Positions 48,122 to 58,387 of a stretch of DNA of 64,000 nucleotides are shown piece by piece. Position numbers and translations under genes: made by a program. The notes under the pieces were generated by a model. That model was not told the DNA's origin. It saw only the letters and a list, made by a program, of their open reading frames with translations, and did no database searches. Position 1 is the first letter of the stretch. Each line of letters starts with the position of its first letter. The stretch spans positions 372,001 to 436,000 of the IMG/VR virus record IMGVR_UViG_3300046660_000488, one strand, 5' to 3'.

Positions 48122-48832
48122 TTAACTTGACTGCGGACCGGTTGGGTCTGCGTTGGTGTAATCGCTGAACTGGGTCGGATCGTCGGAGACGGGTTGGTCC
48201 TCGTCGCTGATGAACAGCCAGCCAAAATCCTCGCCCTGCGACGCTTGGTAGTCGTCCACGGCATTGGCCACCGCACCATTGGCCACCGCGTCGAGCACGA
48301 TCAGCGAGATCGGGTCGTAGAGCATGGCTTGCAGGCTGGTCGCTTCGCTCAGGGTCGCCGACACATTCAAGGCGTTGGCAAAGCTGACGCGCTCCGTGGT
48401 CATCAGGTCTTCGACATCGTCGGCCAGCGCCAGCAGGGCATTGGCGGTCGAGGGAAGACCATCGGCCGCGACCTGCACGTTGGCGATGATCGCGTTGGCT
48501 TCGCCGAGCAGAGAGCCGAAGAAATCGCCCAACGCATTGGCCGAGTCGTGGACGTTCAATTCGCCGTTGGCCATCAGCACGCCGGTGTAGGCGCCGTAGA
48601 TGTCCATGTTGGCCGACAGGTTGGTCAACTGGGTGCTGAGGTGCGAGGACAGTTCGTAGAAGGCGCCGCCGGGCACGGTGGTCTCGGCCACATTGTTGGC
48701 GGTCGCGCCGGTCAGGGTTCCGAGCTTGCTGACGATGGTGCTGACGGCCGTGTTAGCCCGGTCCGGCAGGCTGTTGTCCAGCGCGGTTCCGTTCATCAGG
48801 GCGATGTAGAAAGCCTTCTGCGTCTCATCCAT
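48122..48832 (-). CDS. Ala/Asn-rich helical protein, probably baseplate-associated
   Basis: Directly follows the PAAR-like gene. Confidence 0.6.
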   Translation of the reverse strand: MDETQKAFYIALMNGTALDNSLPDRANTAVSTIVSKLGTLTGATANNVAETTVPGGAFYELSSHLSTQLTNLSANMDIYGAYTGVLMANGELNVHDSANALGDFFGSLLGEANAIIANVQVAADGLPSTANALLALADDVEDLMTTERVSFANALNVSATLSEATSLQAMLYDPISLIVLDAVANGAVANAVDDYQASQGEDFGWLFISDEDQPVSDDPTQFSDYTNADPTGPQSS

Positions 48833-48834
48833 GG

Positions 48835-49647
48835 TCAGCGCATCTTCTTCAGGCCGGAGACATAGTTGCCGTTGGTCACGGCGGTGAGGACTTGCTTGCG
48901 GTTACCGGTGCGGTTGAAGCTACCGTGCAGCCACGGGCGGTTGCCCAAGTACTCAAGGATGAATTGATCGTAGCAGACGTTGTCCTTGATCCATTTCGCA
49001 CGGACCCAGTACTCATCGTCGCTGATGTTCAGGAACTGCACGTCGGCGGCCATGCCGCGCTCATGCTGGCTCTTCGACGAACCGGCCCGGAAGCCAGACG
49101 TGATGATCATGTTCCGGCGGCCGTATCGGGCGGCCAGAGGTTCGAGGTAATTCGTGCACATCCCTTTGAGGTTGCACACGATCTGAGCCACGGTCAGGCC
49201 ATGCTGGGCGACGACGCCTTGACGGCTGATGGCCGTGCCGACCGTCACGTCTGACAGCTTGAAATTCGGGGATAGCTGCAAGCTGTATGGGACCGTGCCG
49301 CGAATGTTCGCGCAGTCGGCTGGTAGCGGACCCGTGTTGTTCGTCACGAGGTCGTCGGTGGCCAGCGGCGATCCGGCCGATCCCGTCAGCGAGTTCGAGC
49401 GGGCGCGCTCCATCGCGGTGGGCGAACGGCCATAGACCGGGGGATAGACGGCCAGCCCGTCATCCGACTCGGGATCATCATCCTCGGAGCCGAGATCACG
49501 TTCGTCATAGATGACGACCTGACCGTTGATCGAATAGCTGATCGAAGGCGATCCCGTCGCCGGGTCGGTGAACATGCTGCTCGCGCCGGTGACGATCTTG
49601 TCGCCCTTCGCGGTCAGACTTCCAACTCTGGCAACGGGAAAAGCCAT
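48835..49647 (-). CDS. PAAR-like N-terminus fused to peptidase M15
   Basis: PVARVGS...IVTGASSMF; LSPNF.L, ITSGFR, SQHERGMAAD, WLH.S. Confidence 0.8.
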   Translation of the reverse strand: MAFPVARVGSLTAKGDKIVTGASSMFTDPATGSPSISYSINGQVVIYDERDLGSEDDDPESDDGLAVYPPVYGRSPTAMERARSNSLTGSAGSPLATDDLVTNNTGPLPADCANIRGTVPYSLQLSPNFKLSDVTVGTAISRQGVVAQHGLTVAQIVCNLKGMCTNYLEPLAARYGRRNMIITSGFRAGSSKSQHERGMAADVQFLNISDDEYWVRAKWIKDNVCYDQFILEYLGNRPWLHGSFNRTGNRKQVLTAVTNGNYVSGLKKMR

Positions 49648-49648
49648 T

Positions 49649-49981
49649 TTAGACGATCAGGCCCGACTTGGGCGGCGTCACGATGGACGACGTCGCTTGG
49701 ATGTAGGCGTCCTTGATGTCCTGACGCGGCGCGGCCGGGGCCACGAGCACGTTGGCCTTGTAGAACACGGCCTTGTCGTTGTTGGCGACCGTGGTCATGA
49801 ACGGGCCAAAGCCCAGCGACGGCTGTCCAGTTTCCGGGTGAGCTTGCAGACCGCAAAGCACCGGCTTGCCGATGACGAGTTGAGTGTCGGTATCCGAAAT
49901 CAGTTTTCCGACGATTTCCTCGCCTGTGCTGATGCGGAAGCAAACAACGTCGCCCTCGCCAGCTTTCTTCTCGATGATCAT
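49649..49981 (-). CDS. Sm-like fold phage protein
   Basis: VCFRISTGEEIVGKL...AYIQATSSIVTP. Confidence 0.6.
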   Translation of the reverse strand: MIIEKKAGEGDVVCFRISTGEEIVGKLISDTDTQLVIGKPVLCGLQAHPETGQPSLGFGPFMTTVANNDKAVFYKANVLVAPAAPRQDIKDAYIQATSSIVTPPKSGLIV

Positions 49982-50215
49982 GAGGGGAATTCTCCAAAAT
50001 ATACGCCATCATAGCACTCGGCGACGGCGTTCTCAATTTCCACATTTCGTAAAGTCTATTTATTTCGGCCGTGGAGCAAGTATCCGGCCGCTATGGGGTA
50101 AATACACAACTTAAGCCTTGCCACGCTATCCTTCTGATAACGCCTATGTTTACGGGAGGAGATAGACGGCCTCGCGCTAAATACTCAAAAGACGTTTTCT
50201 CGGAGGTCTTACTTA

Positions 50216-53152
50216 ATGGCTACTCTCGTTTCGCCGGGCGTCGATGTTCAAATCATCGACGAATCCTTCTACAGCAGCGCTGGTCCCGGTACGGTCCCGC
50301 TGATCATCATCGCGACTGCTGCAAACAAGACTGCGGCTTCGGGCGGTACGGCTCCGTACACGATCCCGTCGATGGCAGGCTCGCTCTATCTGGCCACTTC
50401 GCAGCGCGAACTGGTTCAAAACTACGGCGTCCCGACTTTCCAGACCGTGCAAGGCACGCCTGTTCAAGGTTCGGAACTCAACGAATACGGCTTGGATGCT
50501 GCGTACAAGTTCCTCGGCATCAGCAACCGCGCTTATGTGCTGCGCGCTGACATCGACCTTGCTGCTCTGCAACCGTCCACGACGGCGCCGGTCGGCAACC
50601 CTCTGCCGGGCACTTACTGGTTCGACCTGAGCGAGACTTCGTTCGGTGTGTTCCAGTCGTCGGGCAACGCCAATCCGGGTCTGGCTTGGTCCACCCAACC
50701 TGTCCTGATCGCTGCTGAAGGCAACGTTGTCCCCGATGGCGACACCGATGTCCCGAACCCGGCGTTCGGCAACGACGGCGACTTCGCCGTGGTCGTCACC
50801 ATGTCGGACAACCTGATCTACGAAAAGATCGACGGTGCTTGGTATCAAACCGGTTCCGACGAGTGGGCCGCTAAGCGCCCGACGACGATCACCGGCCGCA
50901 CGACGCCGAACAACATCATGACGACGGACACCATCGTCATCACGAGCGACGGCCAGCAATACACGGTCGCCTTCGACACGACCCTCGACCTCGGCGGCAA
51001 TGCCGTCGTCGGCACGGGCGCGCTGGACGAAGTCGTCGCCAACATCAACGCCGCCGCTATCCCGAACGTCGTCGCGACCAACACGAACGACGCTCTGGTC
51101 ATCAAGGACACGACCGGCGCCGACATCACCATCGGCAACGGCGCTGGCACTCCGCTGACCACGCTGGGCATCGTTCCGAACCTGTACCGTGGCGTGAAGG
51201 TCTACTTCACCAACAACGCCCAGTACCCGGCTAACTCGGCGACGGGTTCGGTCTGGATCAAGGGTTCGATCCCGAACAAGGGCGCTCTGTGGAAGATTAA
51301 GCTGTGGAGCAACACCGGTGGCTGGACCACGGTTGCTGCACCGTTCTACGCCTTCAACTCGTCCCTGAACGACGGCGTCGCCTCGAAGGACCAAGCCGCC
51401 ACGGCCGCCTTCGGCACTCCGCTGATCGGCACGGTCTATGTTGGCTTCGACGCCGACACCGGCGTGCAGCAACTGCGTCGCTGGAGCGGCCTGCGCTGGG
51501 AAAACCTGAGCTACGAAGCTGGTACGGTTCCGCCGACCACCGCTCCGGCCTCGGGCACGTACTGGTACAACGCTGATTTCCGCGCCGACATCATGTACGG
51601 CGACGGCACGCAGTGGGTTGGCTACAAGCGCAAGTACACCGAAACGGACCCGGAAGGCGTTCTGTTCGCGGGCACGGCGCCGCTGTATCAGTCGGACGGC
51701 ACTGAACTGGTCGATAACGACCTGTGGGTCGATACGAGCGACCTCGAAAACTATCCGATGCTGTATCGCTATGACGCGACCGCAGTCCGTTGGAACCTGA
51801 TCGACAAGACCGACCAGACGACGCCGTTCGGTATCGCCTTCGCCGACGCTCGTCAGAACTCGGGAACCAATTACACCGGCAACCCGAACCCCGGCACGTA
51901 CGCCTACAACTCGGAAGAAGCCGCCGACATGCTGGCGTCCAATTTCGTCGATCCTGACGCTCCGGATGCCCGCACGTATCCGGACGGCATCCTGATGTTC
52001 AACACCCGCTACGCGACGTACAACGTCAAGGAATGGATGCCGAACTACTTCAAGCGTGGTGGTTTCGACGAGAACACCGACTACACGATCACCGACTACC
52101 ACAACAGCGGTAGCGCTGGCCTGTTCCCGGCTCTGGCTTCGGCTGGCCGTTGGGTCACGGCTTCGGGCAACAAGGCTGACGGCACGCCGTACATGGGCCG
52201 CAAGGCTCAGCGTCTGATGATCGTTCGCGCCATGGCCGAAATGATCGCTCAGAACGAAGATATCCGTTCGGAATTGGTCTACTTCAACCTCATCGCGGCT
52301 CCGGGTTATCCGGAACTGATGGATGAAATGGTCGCGCTGAACACCGACCAGAAGGAAGTGGCGTTCGTCGTTGGCGACACCCCGATCCGTCTGGCTCCGG
52401 GTGGCACGACTGTCTCGGCTTGGGCTGGCAACACGAAGAACGCACCGTCCACGGGCGAAGACGGTCTGACCGTCGCCAACCCGTACGTCGGCGTCTACTA
52501 CCCGTGGGGTCTGGGAACCGACCTGAGCGGCAACGAAGTGATGATCCCGCCGTCCACGATGGCGCTGAACACCATCGCGTACAACGACCAAGTTGCATAC
52601 CAGTGGTATGCTCCGGCTGGTTACCGTCGCGGTCTGGTCACGAATGCTTCGTCGGTGGGTTACCTCACCAGCGAAGGCGAATTCAAGCCGGTCATCCTCA
52701 ACCAAGGACAGCGCGACGTCCTGTACAGCAACAAGATCAACCCGATTGCCTACATTCCGGGTCGTGGTCTGGTTGTTTACGGTCAGAAGACGCTGCACAG
52801 CACGACTACCGCGCTGGACCGCATCAACGTTGCCCGTCTGTCGAACTACCTCAAGTACAACCTCGACAACATCGTCAAGCCGTTCCTCTTCGAACAGAAC
52901 GACGAACAGACCCGCTCTTCCGCACAGGCGACTGTCGAGAGCTTCCTGAACGGTCTGGTCGGTCTGCGCGCACTGGAAGACTACGTGGTTCTCTGCGACG
53001 AATCGAACAACACGCCGACTCGCCGCGACCGCAATGAACTCTGGATCGACATCGCTATCAAGCCGCTGAAGGCCGTCGAGTTCATCTACATCCCCGTGCG
53101 AATTGTAAATTCGTCGGCGGACCTCACCGACGTTTCGACGACTTTCGTCTAA
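50216..53152 (+). CDS. contractile tail sheath protein (gp18-like)
   Basis: LVSPGV, WYAPAGYRRG, LYSNKINPI, GQKT..ALDRINVARL, FEQND, AVEFIYIP. Confidence 0.97.
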   Translation: MATLVSPGVDVQIIDESFYSSAGPGTVPLIIIATAANKTAASGGTAPYTIPSMAGSLYLATSQRELVQNYGVPTFQTVQGTPVQGSELNEYGLDAAYKFLGISNRAYVLRADIDLAALQPSTTAPVGNPLPGTYWFDLSETSFGVFQSSGNANPGLAWSTQPVLIAAEGNVVPDGDTDVPNPAFGNDGDFAVVVTMSDNLIYEKIDGAWYQTGSDEWAAKRPTTITGRTTPNNIMTTDTIVITSDGQQYTVAFDTTLDLGGNAVVGTGALDEVVANINAAAIPNVVATNTNDALVIKDTTGADITIGNGAGTPLTTLGIVPNLYRGVKVYFTNNAQYPANSATGSVWIKGSIPNKGALWKIKLWSNTGGWTTVAAPFYAFNSSLNDGVASKDQAATAAFGTPLIGTVYVGFDADTGVQQLRRWSGLRWENLSYEAGTVPPTTAPASGTYWYNADFRADIMYGDGTQWVGYKRKYTETDPEGVLFAGTAPLYQSDGTELVDNDLWVDTSDLENYPMLYRYDATAVRWNLIDKTDQTTPFGIAFADARQNSGTNYTGNPNPGTYAYNSEEAADMLASNFVDPDAPDARTYPDGILMFNTRYATYNVKEWMPNYFKRGGFDENTDYTITDYHNSGSAGLFPALASAGRWVTASGNKADGTPYMGRKAQRLMIVRAMAEMIAQNEDIRSELVYFNLIAAPGYPELMDEMVALNTDQKEVAFVVGDTPIRLAPGGTTVSAWAGNTKNAPSTGEDGLTVANPYVGVYYPWGLGTDLSGNEVMIPPSTMALNTIAYNDQVAYQWYAPAGYRRGLVTNASSVGYLTSEGEFKPVILNQGQRDVLYSNKINPIAYIPGRGLVVYGQKTLHSTTTALDRINVARLSNYLKYNLDNIVKPFLFEQNDEQTRSSAQATVESFLNGLVGLRALEDYVVLCDESNNTPTRRDRNELWIDIAIKPLKAVEFIYIPVRIVNSSADLTDVSTTFV

Positions 53153-53181
53153 GCTTCGGCTCCTTAGTACCTCCGAGAAGG

Positions 53182-53213
53182 AAGGGCGGCTCCACATTGG
53201 GGCCGCCCTTTTT
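53182..53213 (+). terminator. intrinsic terminator
   Basis: AAGGGCGGC...GCCGCCCTTTTT. Confidence 0.85.
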
Positions 53214-53215
53214 CT

Positions 53216-53632
53216 TTAGCGCCGCTCAAGAAGGTGGCGGTGAACTGCGATCACCCGGCGGGAGACCATCACCAAGGCTTCAGCCTCGGGGTCTTCTTCA
53301 TCGGCGAAGTCGTCGAGGAACGCCAACAGGTTGGAGTCAGCCGTTGCCGCCACGATGTCCAGAGCGACATCCGGGCCGATCTTGAACCGGTAATCCTGAA
53401 GAATCTGGATGACGATGGGAAGAAAGGCGCCCGCCTCTTCGGCCAGATCACGCGCGAATACCAACCCGAAATAGTTGGTGAAGAACGACTTGCTGTCGTC
53501 GGGGATTTCCGTGAGCAGGTCAACAAGCACTTCGGCGCGACGTTTGGCCTCTTCAGAGTCCATGATCTCCGTGATTTTGCGGTTTTGCTCGATGATTTCT
53601 TCGATACGAGAAGACTTGTTGTCGTCAGTCAT
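53216..53632 (-). CDS. hypothetical protein inserted between sheath and tube genes
   Basis: GGAG RBS; acidic helical ORF. Confidence 0.65.
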   Translation of the reverse strand: MTDDNKSSRIEEIIEQNRKITEIMDSEEAKRRAEVLVDLLTEIPDDSKSFFTNYFGLVFARDLAEEAGAFLPIVIQILQDYRFKIGPDVALDIVAATADSNLLAFLDDFADEEDPEAEALVMVSRRVIAVHRHLLERR

Positions 53633-53731
53633 GGGTAAATGTCTCCAGTAAACACTGACTATAACTCGCCTCCATAAATACAAGCAAGAAACGAAGCGCA
53701 TCCAGCGCCAGTATTTTTCGAGGTATACTAC

Positions 53732-54319
53732 GTGAGCACACTACAAAATATGGGTGTTCCGCTTGGCGGTGGCACTGGTCGTGGCGGTCTTCTGATGCCG
53801 AAGACCCGTCAGAAGTTCCGCGTGCGGGTCACCAATTTCGGTCCGGTCAACGGTGGTCTTGAACTGACGCAGCAAGTCGTCAGCGTCGGTCGCCCGTCCG
53901 TCTCGATGTCCGGCCAAGCCGTCCACTCGTACAACTCTATCGGCTACTACGCCGGTAAGGCCGAGTGGTCCACGCTTGATCTGACGGTTCGCGACGACAT
54001 CACCAACGCGGTCTCCAAGCTGGTGGGTCACCAGCTTCAGAAGCAAATGAACTTCTATCAGCAGACTTCTGCTGAAGCAGGTTCCAACTACAAATTCCAG
54101 ATGTTCCTTGAAACGCTGGATGGCGGCAACGACACCGTCACCGAGCAGTGGATCATCGAAGGCTGCTTCCTCGAATCGATCAACTACGGCGACTTCGCCT
54201 ACGATTCGTCGGACGCCCTGACGATCCAGATGACGGTTCGCTACGACAACGCCACGCAGCAGGGTGGCCTGATGCCGGTCAACCCGCAACTCGGCGTTGG
54301 CAAGATGGTTGGTTCCTAA
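53732..54319 (+). CDS. tail tube protein (gp19-like)
   Basis: FRVR, YYAGKAEW, VRDD, W.IEGCF, YDNA; late motif at 53675. Confidence 0.9.
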   Translation: MSTLQNMGVPLGGGTGRGGLLMPKTRQKFRVRVTNFGPVNGGLELTQQVVSVGRPSVSMSGQAVHSYNSIGYYAGKAEWSTLDLTVRDDITNAVSKLVGHQLQKQMNFYQQTSAEAGSNYKFQMFLETLDGGNDTVTEQWIIEGCFLESINYGDFAYDSSDALTIQMTVRYDNATQQGGLMPVNPQLGVGKMVGS

Positions 54320-54333
54320 GACAGTAGGACGCA

Positions 54334-55734
54334 ATGCCCGACTTCATTAAGAGTCCTCGGCAGGCGACAACGGTTTTTGGCCTTGATGGTCAGTCCGTCC
54401 CGCGCAAGAAGAGCTTGTTCTATGTCCGCTTTCGGCGGGCAGACAACGCTCAAGCGGGACGGGCTGGCTGGCAAGACAATCTGGGTTTCATGGCGAAGTC
54501 GGTTGACCGACCTTCTGTCCAGCCCCAGATTGAAGAGCTTAACCAGTACGGCAAGAAGCGCCAAGTCACCACCGGAATCAAGAATCAACCCGCGCGGATC
54601 GTGTTGTATGACACGGCCGATAGCATGGCTATGCGTATGTGGGTGGAGTACAGCCGCTGGTACTTCGGCGAATACCGCCAAGACTCAGATGCGATGTGGG
54701 ACTACGATGTCACCACAGAAGAAATGTATGGCATGGATGAGGGTTTCGGCTTCACGCTGCGGAACTCGTCGTCGGATGCTATCGACCTCAACTCGCAATT
54801 CTTCTTCGACGCACTTGAGGTCTATCAAGTCTGGGGTGGATATTTCACCCAGTTTGACCTGATCAATCCCAAGATCAGCGCGTTCGACCCCGACGAACTT
54901 GACTATTCGGTCACCGAGCCATCCACGATCAGCGTCACGCTGAACTATGAGGCGATGATCCACCAGAACGGCGCCGCGCCGCAGCCGATCTCGTCTGATC
55001 CTCTTGTCGCATCGGTGTTCGGCGGTCTGTTCAACGGCAACACGTTCGATCCCGAGGGCGCTGCGTCCTCGAAGCCGCGACACGGCTACAATTTCACCGA
55101 CAAGGATGTGGCCCCCGCGCCGCTGTCCTTCCGGAACAAGACGCTCGGCCAGATCGTGGACAGCGCTCTGCACACCGCGACCGGGTCGCAAGGCGTTGGC
55201 TCGCTGGGCATCTTCGGCAATTTCAACTTCGGCGCGGCCACCGGCGTCAACACCGGCAGTCTGGCGGGCGACATTTCGTACCTCGCCACCGGAAACCCGG
55301 CGCTGGCATCGGTGCTGAACCAGACGGTCGGCCAAGCCGCGACGTCTGCCTCTTCGCGCATCCTGTCCACGGGGTCGTCGAACGTCGTCTCCGGCTATTC
55401 GTCCAGCAAGGTCGATACGGCCAAGAGCGCCCTGCTCGGCGCGGCGACGAACGTGTCCAACAAGTACGCCAATCAGTACGTCAACAACAACCTGTTGGGC
55501 GGCGTAGTCGCCGCTGGCGTCATTGAAGGCACACCCGCCACGGATCAGGTCTCGAAGACTTCGTCCGGCCTGTCCCTGAAGAGCATGGCTCTGGCGGTCA
55601 TCAACTCCAATCGCGCTCCGGTAAGCCAGATCGGCTTCAACCAAGTGACCCAGCTTACCCCCGTCGTTGCTGACAGCAACCCGGCCGGGTTCCTTCCCGC
55701 AGGTGTTCCGGACGTGAATTTTGACGAGGATTAG
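54334..55734 (+). CDS. baseplate tube-initiator/hub protein (gp48/gp54-like)
   Basis: Tube-fold N-terminus: KSVDRP, LNQYGKKR, LINPKIS.FD, L.YE. Confidence 0.7.
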   Translation: MPDFIKSPRQATTVFGLDGQSVPRKKSLFYVRFRRADNAQAGRAGWQDNLGFMAKSVDRPSVQPQIEELNQYGKKRQVTTGIKNQPARIVLYDTADSMAMRMWVEYSRWYFGEYRQDSDAMWDYDVTTEEMYGMDEGFGFTLRNSSSDAIDLNSQFFFDALEVYQVWGGYFTQFDLINPKISAFDPDELDYSVTEPSTISVTLNYEAMIHQNGAAPQPISSDPLVASVFGGLFNGNTFDPEGAASSKPRHGYNFTDKDVAPAPLSFRNKTLGQIVDSALHTATGSQGVGSLGIFGNFNFGAATGVNTGSLAGDISYLATGNPALASVLNQTVGQAATSASSRILSTGSSNVVSGYSSSKVDTAKSALLGAATNVSNKYANQYVNNNLLGGVVAAGVIEGTPATDQVSKTSSGLSLKSMALAVINSNRAPVSQIGFNQVTQLTPVVADSNPAGFLPAGVPDVNFDED

Positions 55735-55736
55735 TA

Positions 55737-56273
55737 GTGGCCAAAAAGCCAACTATCACGACCGGTGGTGATTTCGAAGTAAAAGTGCAGGCCCACGCCA
55801 ACAAGAAGAAAACGGCGAACGGCGTCTTCACTCCCAAGAACCCCGACAAGTATCACGGCAAGCATCCGATCTCCTACCGTTCCTCATGGGAATTGCGGGT
55901 GATGATGAAGCTGGACGACCACCCGTACTATCTGGCGTGGAGTTCGGAGTCGGTGAACGTCACCTATTACCACCCCTATTACCGCAAGTGGAAGACGTAT
56001 CTCCCTGATTTCTTGGTCAAATACATGGACCGGAACGGCAAGCACCACATCGAAATGATCGAGGTCAAGCCGGTCAAGGAAAGCCCGCTCCACGACAGCA
56101 AGAAATTGCCGAACGGTAAATACCAGAAACTACGTCTGAACGAACAGACCAAAGCAATCCGCAACGTCAATGCTGCGAAGTGGCAAGCCGCCAAAGCATT
56201 CTGCGATGCCAAGGGCTGGAAGTTCGTCGTCTGGACGGAAGAAGAAATCTTTCAATGGGATGGTAGGAAATGA
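55737..56273 (+). CDS. head completion nuclease (gp4-like, TnsA-type)
   Basis: FTPKNPDKY, YRSSWE, WSSE, YLPDF, EVKP, KWQAA. Confidence 0.92.
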   Translation: MAKKPTITTGGDFEVKVQAHANKKKTANGVFTPKNPDKYHGKHPISYRSSWELRVMMKLDDHPYYLAWSSESVNVTYYHPYYRKWKTYLPDFLVKYMDRNGKHHIEMIEVKPVKESPLHDSKKLPNGKYQKLRLNEQTKAIRNVNAAKWQAAKAFCDAKGWKFVVWTEEEIFQWDGRK

Positions 56274-56872
56274 CCCGAGGAATGGAAATCATGCACAACC
56301 TTCCGAGCATGGAAGAGTTGATGGACATGGACAAGAAGGGCAAGGCCGTCGAGGTCATGCCTGAAGTCGAGATCGACGACGAAGATGGTGGGGACTTTGA
56401 ACCCAACTATGGCGACCTGTCGAATCTCCCGGCGAGCACCAGCCGGAGCGAATTGGTCATGAGCGGTATGCCGCTTCAGGATCACGACGACTCGATGGAC
56501 ACCATCCACGACGAGACCCTGAAGCACGCCCAAGACCTCATGGACTATGGCTACAGCGCCGAACCGCGCTCGCAGGCCACGCTCTTCGAGAAGGCGAACA
56601 TGCTCTACAAGACGGCTCTGGACGCCAAGGCCACGAAGATCGACGCACACCTCAAAATCCGCAAGCTGATGCTGGATCAGAAGAAACTCGAACTCGAAGA
56701 GAAAAAGCTGAACCATGAAATGGGCAACAAGACTGCCGACATGGAAGCAGAGGCCACGGTGATTTTCGACCGCAACGACATGGTCCGCAAGCTCCGCGAG
56801 GACGCCAAGCGCGAACGTCTGGAAGCGGGCGTTCCGGAATGGACTCCGGAACCCGACGACGGTTCTGACTAA
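56270..56872 (+). CDS. possible terminase small subunit
   Basis: Helical coiled coil ending in DRND; position after gp4. Confidence 0.4.
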   Translation: MTRGMEIMHNLPSMEELMDMDKKGKAVEVMPEVEIDDEDGGDFEPNYGDLSNLPASTSRSELVMSGMPLQDHDDSMDTIHDETLKHAQDLMDYGYSAEPRSQATLFEKANMLYKTALDAKATKIDAHLKIRKLMLDQKKLELEEKKLNHEMGNKTADMEAEATVIFDRNDMVRKLREDAKRERLEAGVPEWTPEPDDGSD

Positions 56873-56911
56873 GCATAAATAGCTGGAACGCCGTTTTCGG
56901 GGATTTTACCT

Positions 56912-57691
56912 ATGAACTTCAAGCAATACGTTGACGAAGCCACGAGCTTCTACAACTACCGTATCAAGACGATCTGCATTCTCGACGACAACGCCATGGA
57001 CTGGCTTGAGCGCGTCGTGCTGAAGTATGACCCGGTGGACATCAGCAAGCCGCGCAAGCTGATGCTGCAAAAGGCTCCGCTCGATTTCACCAACGTGCCG
57101 GTCGGCTCGGAAGTGTGGATGGTCGATATTCAGACCGCCTTGCCGGTCTCGTCCTACGTCCTCCAGAAGGAACTGCAACTGGCTCTGGGCCTGCCGGAAA
57201 CGCACGTCGTCGTGCGCGGCGCCAACGATCCGGTCGAGATCGAGAACGAGCGCAAGAACGCTGAAGACGAGATCGACAAGGAAGCCGCCGCCAAGGGCAT
57301 GACCCGTGACGCTCTGCTGAACGATCCAGACTACACCGAAGCCGATCACGACACCCCGGAACTGTACGGCGACGATTACAACGGCCGCCTGCTCGGCTAT
57401 CTCCGCACGGTCCAGAAGGAACGTGAAGGCGACCAGAAGATCGACGCCCCGAACGCCAAGTTTGGCTGGCTGAACATGCCCAAGCCGGACGTCGCCGACG
57501 ACAATGGCGCCTACAACTCCGACATCGCCGGTGCACCGACCATCGGCCAGCCGGGCGATGGCCAAGACCTGCCGACCGCGCCGCAGGGCAACCTGTCGGG
57601 CCACAAGCGCACCTATCGTCGCCTGTACGGCAAGGACGGTGCTCGCTCGACGATCTCGCGCGACATGGACACGACGAAAGACCCCAAGTAA
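56912..57691 (+). CDS. late head-associated protein
   Basis: TAAATA at 56876; CTS-like N-terminus MNFKQYVDEA. Confidence 0.65.
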   Translation: MNFKQYVDEATSFYNYRIKTICILDDNAMDWLERVVLKYDPVDISKPRKLMLQKAPLDFTNVPVGSEVWMVDIQTALPVSSYVLQKELQLALGLPETHVVVRGANDPVEIENERKNAEDEIDKEAAAKGMTRDALLNDPDYTEADHDTPELYGDDYNGRLLGYLRTVQKEREGDQKIDAPNAKFGWLNMPKPDVADDNGAYNSDIAGAPTIGQPGDGQDLPTAPQGNLSGHKRTYRRLYGKDGARSTISRDMDTTKDPK

Positions 57692-58387
57692 ATGGCGAAC
57701 GTCTACGAATTCTTCGGTGGTCCGGGCAACCTGAGCAGCAGTGATCGTGATCGGTTGCTGGCGATGTTCCACGACGCCGGTATCGACGAAGACGAAATTC
57801 GTCGTGGCATCGAATTGGATCGCTCCGGATACTGGGAGATCGCAGAAGAATTTGGTGGCATCAGCGTCAACGATGCCCGCAACATGGTCCACGAGTTGAT
57901 CCACAGCCTCCGCAACGACATTGAGGAAAGCTACAACTCGATGGTCAACGAGGACGACAACGACCGCTACGGCTATGAGAGCGACACGCTGGGCAATGTC
58001 ACCGTCCGCGACGCTGAAAGCGGCCGTAGCCGCTTCCTGAAGGGCTCCATTGCGTCCAAGCTGAAGGCTATGCTTGCAGCCCATCCGTCCGGCGAGCAAA
58101 ACATCATCGCCCAGTTCATGGGTGAAGCACTCGAAGAGAGCCTGTTCTTCGAGGAAGACGACGACGATTACGCCGGTGAAGTCAACTCGACGCGCGGTAC
58201 TTACAACTTTCCGTGGACAATTGCCGGAAAACATGGTACGGCCACTGCTGATTACAGCGGTCGCGGTGACCCCGATGCAATGACTATCGTTTCCGTCCGA
58301 GACGCAAGCGGTAAGGAATTCGACGCGGAAGCCCGTGTTCTCGCTGAACTGAAGAAGCAGGCTATCGCCTTTATTGGGAACGCATGA
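57692..58387 (+). CDS. acidic hypothetical protein, probably internal head
   Basis: Late operon; repeated IEE/VNE/LEE candidate cleavage sites. Confidence 0.6.
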   Translation: MANVYEFFGGPGNLSSSDRDRLLAMFHDAGIDEDEIRRGIELDRSGYWEIAEEFGGISVNDARNMVHELIHSLRNDIEESYNSMVNEDDNDRYGYESDTLGNVTVRDAESGRSRFLKGSIASKLKAMLAAHPSGEQNIIAQFMGEALEESLFFEEDDDDYAGEVNSTRGTYNFPWTIAGKHGTATADYSGRGDPDAMTIVSVRDASGKEFDAEARVLAELKKQAIAFIGNA

